Below the pieces are notes generated by a model. The model saw only the letters and a list, made by a program, of their open reading frames with translations. It searched no databases and was not told the origin of the DNA. Below, piece by piece: positions 60,800-64,000 of a stretch of DNA of 64,000 bases (the first letter of the stretch is position 1; the number at the start of each line of letters is the position of its first letter). The translations under genes were made by a program, and so were the position numbers. Source of the DNA: Octopus bimaculoides (lineage: Eukaryota); assembly GCF_001194135.2 (NCBI RefSeq), contig NC_068982.1, positions 78,648,639 through 78,712,638 of the forward strand, given 5' to 3'.

Positions 60800-61480
60800 G
60801 ATGTTGTTGTACTCCAGGGAGTTGTATACATGTTTGGGTTTTCAGAGGCCCTACATATGTTCAGGTTGTCTTTCAGTTTTGTGTTTTCATTTCATTGTGT
60901 AGGTGAATAGTAGATGTGGTCTGTGTACAAACCATTTATGATACATAGTACACTGTTTGTGTACTTTGTAGTTTATTGTAGTTTACTATGGAAAGGTTGG
61001 TGGTCCAAGTAGGACTGGCCTGGTCCATCATGTTTTTTGCACAGTTTATGCACTATTGTTGACCAAGTGTTGTACATGTGGCTGATCTAATTATGCTTAC
61101 ACATAGTTTTGTTTTCTTTGCTGTCTTCTTATGTGTGTTGTCTATGTTGTGAATGTGTTTGTAACTCATAGTATTTTTGTCTTCTGTGTGTGGTATGTTA
61201 TATTGTGATAGGTGGTTGTATTTGATCATCTACCCTGTAGCTGGTATGTACTACTTCAAGTCTATTGTTTCTAGGTAATTTATATAGGATTGGCATAGTT
61301 GTGCAATGCTTTCTGAAGAACAGTGAGAGGATGTGTGTGTTTGCATGTGAGGCAGCTTGTATGTTTTGGGCAGGTATGGGAAGGTTGTGTAGCTATAAGT
61401 TATAAAAAAGTGAGAATTAACCCATTTGAGAAATTGCAAGATCTGAAAGAGTTGAAAGTTTTGTGGATGTTGATGGTAAT
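60800..61480 (-). mobile_element. I/Jockey-group LINE RT C-terminal remnant
   Basis: Minus strand MDQASPTWTTNLSIVNYNKLQSTQ...CTQTTSTIHLHNE. Confidence 0.55.
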
Positions 61481-61486
61481 TAACTC

Positions 61487-62340
61487 TTAACATCCTTTTG
61501 AAAGTTTTCAAAGTCAAAAACTTAAAAACGTGTGTTTATATAAATGTCAATAGTGTCTTTACTTGTTGTCGGATTATTGTGAAAATTGGCAGTATTACAT
61601 AAAAAGGATTATCTTTTTTTAATTTAATGTAAATAGTTGTTTGTGCTAAAAATAATGTTGTGCATGTGAGATTGTTAATTAATTACACAACTAAAAACGG
61701 ATACACTCAGACAAGATGAAAAGAAATATGTTAGTAATAAATTAGATGGACTTAGTAACAGACATAAACATAGAGCATCACAAAAGAGAGAATAGTTTGT
61801 TTTTTCCTGGCCTTTTTTTGTGGCTTTTCCATTATGAAATTTTCAGGTAAACTGAGTTATTTCCTTCAGAAATGACATATCCAGGTATGCTTGAAAGTTT
61901 CAATAAAAAAAAGGCTCTGAACAAGTCAGCACAAGTGGGTCAATTTTTATAGCAAATGTTACAGAATGTAAATAAATGAGGAAGGGATTTAAGTTTTCTT
62001 TCTTAATTAATGAATGCATAACTTCCTTTAAAACAAATACAAATAAGATTTGGGGAAGTTTTAGGTGGTGTAGAACTGACAGAAGCATGTAATGTCAATT
62101 AGATTTGTGTTGTACAGGGTATTTCTTAAGTATTTTGTTTATAACTAGACGGCTAGGAAAAACAGATGTTTTATATAACTACTTTCTATCTAAATATAAT
62201 GTAAGTAAATGAAAGTATTCATGGTTTGTCTGTTAAAATTGATGCAAGAATAATCTTCAGTTCATGATTTCTTATCAGAATAGTGTAATACAATTTTTTT
62301 CTATTCACCCTGTTAAATAGTAAATTTTTTTGTAATCAAT
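61487..62340 (+). repeat. Diverged duplicate, copy 2, of 21560-22450, immediately upstream of the CK1-gamma exon
   Basis: Same colinear blocks as listed for copy 1. Confidence 0.8.
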
Positions 62341-62404
62341 GTATTTTAAATAATTAATTTTTTGAAATATATGTTTTGTTCATTGCAATTTTGTTTTTTT
62401 CCAG

Positions 62405-62445
62405 GTAAAAATCTTTATAATAATGAACATGTTGCAATTAAGCTG
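62405..62445 (+). CDS. CSNK1G: Internal 41-nt coding exon of casein kinase I gamma (gilgamesh/CSNK1G family), kinase subdomain I-II
   Basis: Polypyrimidine tract plus CAG acceptor (62403-62404) and GTAAGT donor (62446). The phase-1 exon reads (G)KNLYNNEHVAIKL, matching the CK1-gamma-specific GKNLYTNEYVAIKL segment with the VAIK ATP-binding lysine. Flanking exons were not found in the window. Confidence 0.92.
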
Positions 62446-62817
62446 GTAAGTGTTCATTTGTAGTTTATCTAATTTATTAATACAGTCAAAATTCCTTACA
62501 GCTCAATTCATTTAATTGTAATTATGCTATACAGCATAATGATGTTTCTACCTTCCCAAAATAATCACATTGTATGGAGCTTTACTATATATGGTGTGTG
62601 TGTGTGTTTAAGATTATTGTTTGCTTTGTTTTGAAACAGTAGCATTGTTTCTCAGTGAATTTCCAAAATTTGCACACAAATCCAAAATCAGTGCAGAATA
62701 ATACATAAAGGGAAAAAATCTCAAGCCTGAGGTTTCCCTTGGTTAAGTTAGTGAAGAATATAGAATAAAAGCTGGCCAGATTGACAGTTATAATGGAGTT
62801 GTGAGCAAACTCTCTTA

Positions 62818-62819
<2 letters not shown>

Positions 62820-62885
<66 letters not shown>
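62820..62885. repeat. (CT)n microsatellite
   Basis: Direct reading. Confidence 0.95.
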
Positions 62886-62889
<4 letters not shown>

Positions 62890-63634
62890 CATGCTATGTA
62901 GATGATACCTTGAAGGATGTTAAAATTCATTTAAAAATAGTTTTTGAAAATTCTGTATGTGGTTCCAAATAGTGTGGAAAGTAAAGTATAATTTATTGTT
63001 TTGCATTTTACACTCTGAATTGGGCTGTTGTCTGTCTGTTTCTTTCTTTTATGAACTTCATTAGCTTACAGCTGTTTCTGCTATAAGATACTGTGGACTC
63101 ATAGTTGAGTGCCCGAAGAACACTTTATAGCTATATCAGAGCCTCAAATATGAAGTGCAATTTATTTGAGAAAGAATTACATTTAAGCCTATATGGAGAA
63201 CAGCTATTCAGGAACTGAGTTCGGAGTCTTCTGTATCTTATATCAGTAACACCTGTAAGCTAATGAAGTTCATAAGTTAAGCATTTATTCCTTTGTCATC
63301 TCTCTTATTACTGCTCTATACTCAGCTAACACTTCGCTCTGAAACACACATATATTGAGTTGTACACCAGGTTATTAGTCTGGCAATGTCTAAGTGAAAT
63401 GCATGCACACATACACACTGATAATAATGAGAATTGAATATTCAAATTTTTCATTCTCCTTATTATCAATATTGTACTTTAGAATCTAAATAGCCAAAAA
63501 ACTAAACTGTAACAGGGTGGGAGCTAAAGAAAGTTTACCAAAAAAATGAACCGTATGTAGGAACCAGCCTTGGTATTTCACTAAAAGAAATTCAGTATCT
63601 GCCAGGATATTACATTCCTCCCCTTACACTATAA

Positions 63635-63665
<31 letters not shown>

Positions 63666-63676
63666 GTGTGTATATA

Positions 63677-63890
63677 CTGTGGGGGTCAAAAGTGTTTGCA
63701 AATTGTATATATTGATAAATTTATGCTTCAATATTTTCCAATATAATAACTATGTTACTCATTGTTCGATATGCAAATATATAAAGTAAATTCTTAGAGA
63801 CGGAAACCAAATAATCATATTCTGGGGGGAAAATATGGATTTTTAAAAAATTTCAGGAAGAAATATGGGCCAAAAGAGTTTGCAAGACTC
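63677..63890. mobile_element. Possible terminal IR/DR of a Tc1-like element running out of the window
   Basis: TA followed by CTGTGGGGGTCAAAAGTGTTTGCAA; inner direct repeat TGGGCCAAAAGAGTTTGCAA at 63866-63885 (17/20). Confidence 0.45.
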
Positions 63891-64000
63891 ATTTATTCGA
63901 AATAAATAACATTTTTAAACATAATATAATTTGAAACATTGTGTCATTATGATAATAGTACCATATATTGATAACATATTACAAGAAAACAACAGTTATT

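Overview
AT-rich, microsatellite-dense eukaryotic draft-assembly sequence with five large N gaps (880-1350, 4271-4965, 11841-12596, 38602-39076, 42538-42964) and three 10-N gaps. The SINE/RTE repertoire looks like an octopus or other coleoid cephalopod (inference from recalled repeat sequences, not a database result). The only host coding sequence I can support is a 41-nt + strand exon (62405-62445, GKNLYNNEHVAIKL) of casein kinase I gamma, so most of the window is probably one very long intron filled with transposons. These include RTE, CR1/L2-like and I/Jockey-like LINE remnants, several tRNA-derived SINE families, a Penelope-like element (RT thumb plus open GIY-YIG endonuclease frame), a full-length DD36E Tc1 element, a full-length Buster-type hAT with TSD, an internally deleted Merlin element nested in a SINE, and MITEs. 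The most interesting signal is a set of short non-coding repeats carrying minimal hammerhead-ribozyme cores. One is a TSD-flanked fold-back element that joins a tRNA-like Pol III head to two inverted hammerhead motifs (20879-21349), suggesting a hammerhead-bearing SINE that may depend on Penelope-like elements. There is also an old ~0.9 kb diverged duplication linking 21.6-22.5 kb to the intron segment just upstream of the CK1-gamma exon. Repeat boundaries are approximate unless a TIR or TSD is quoted.
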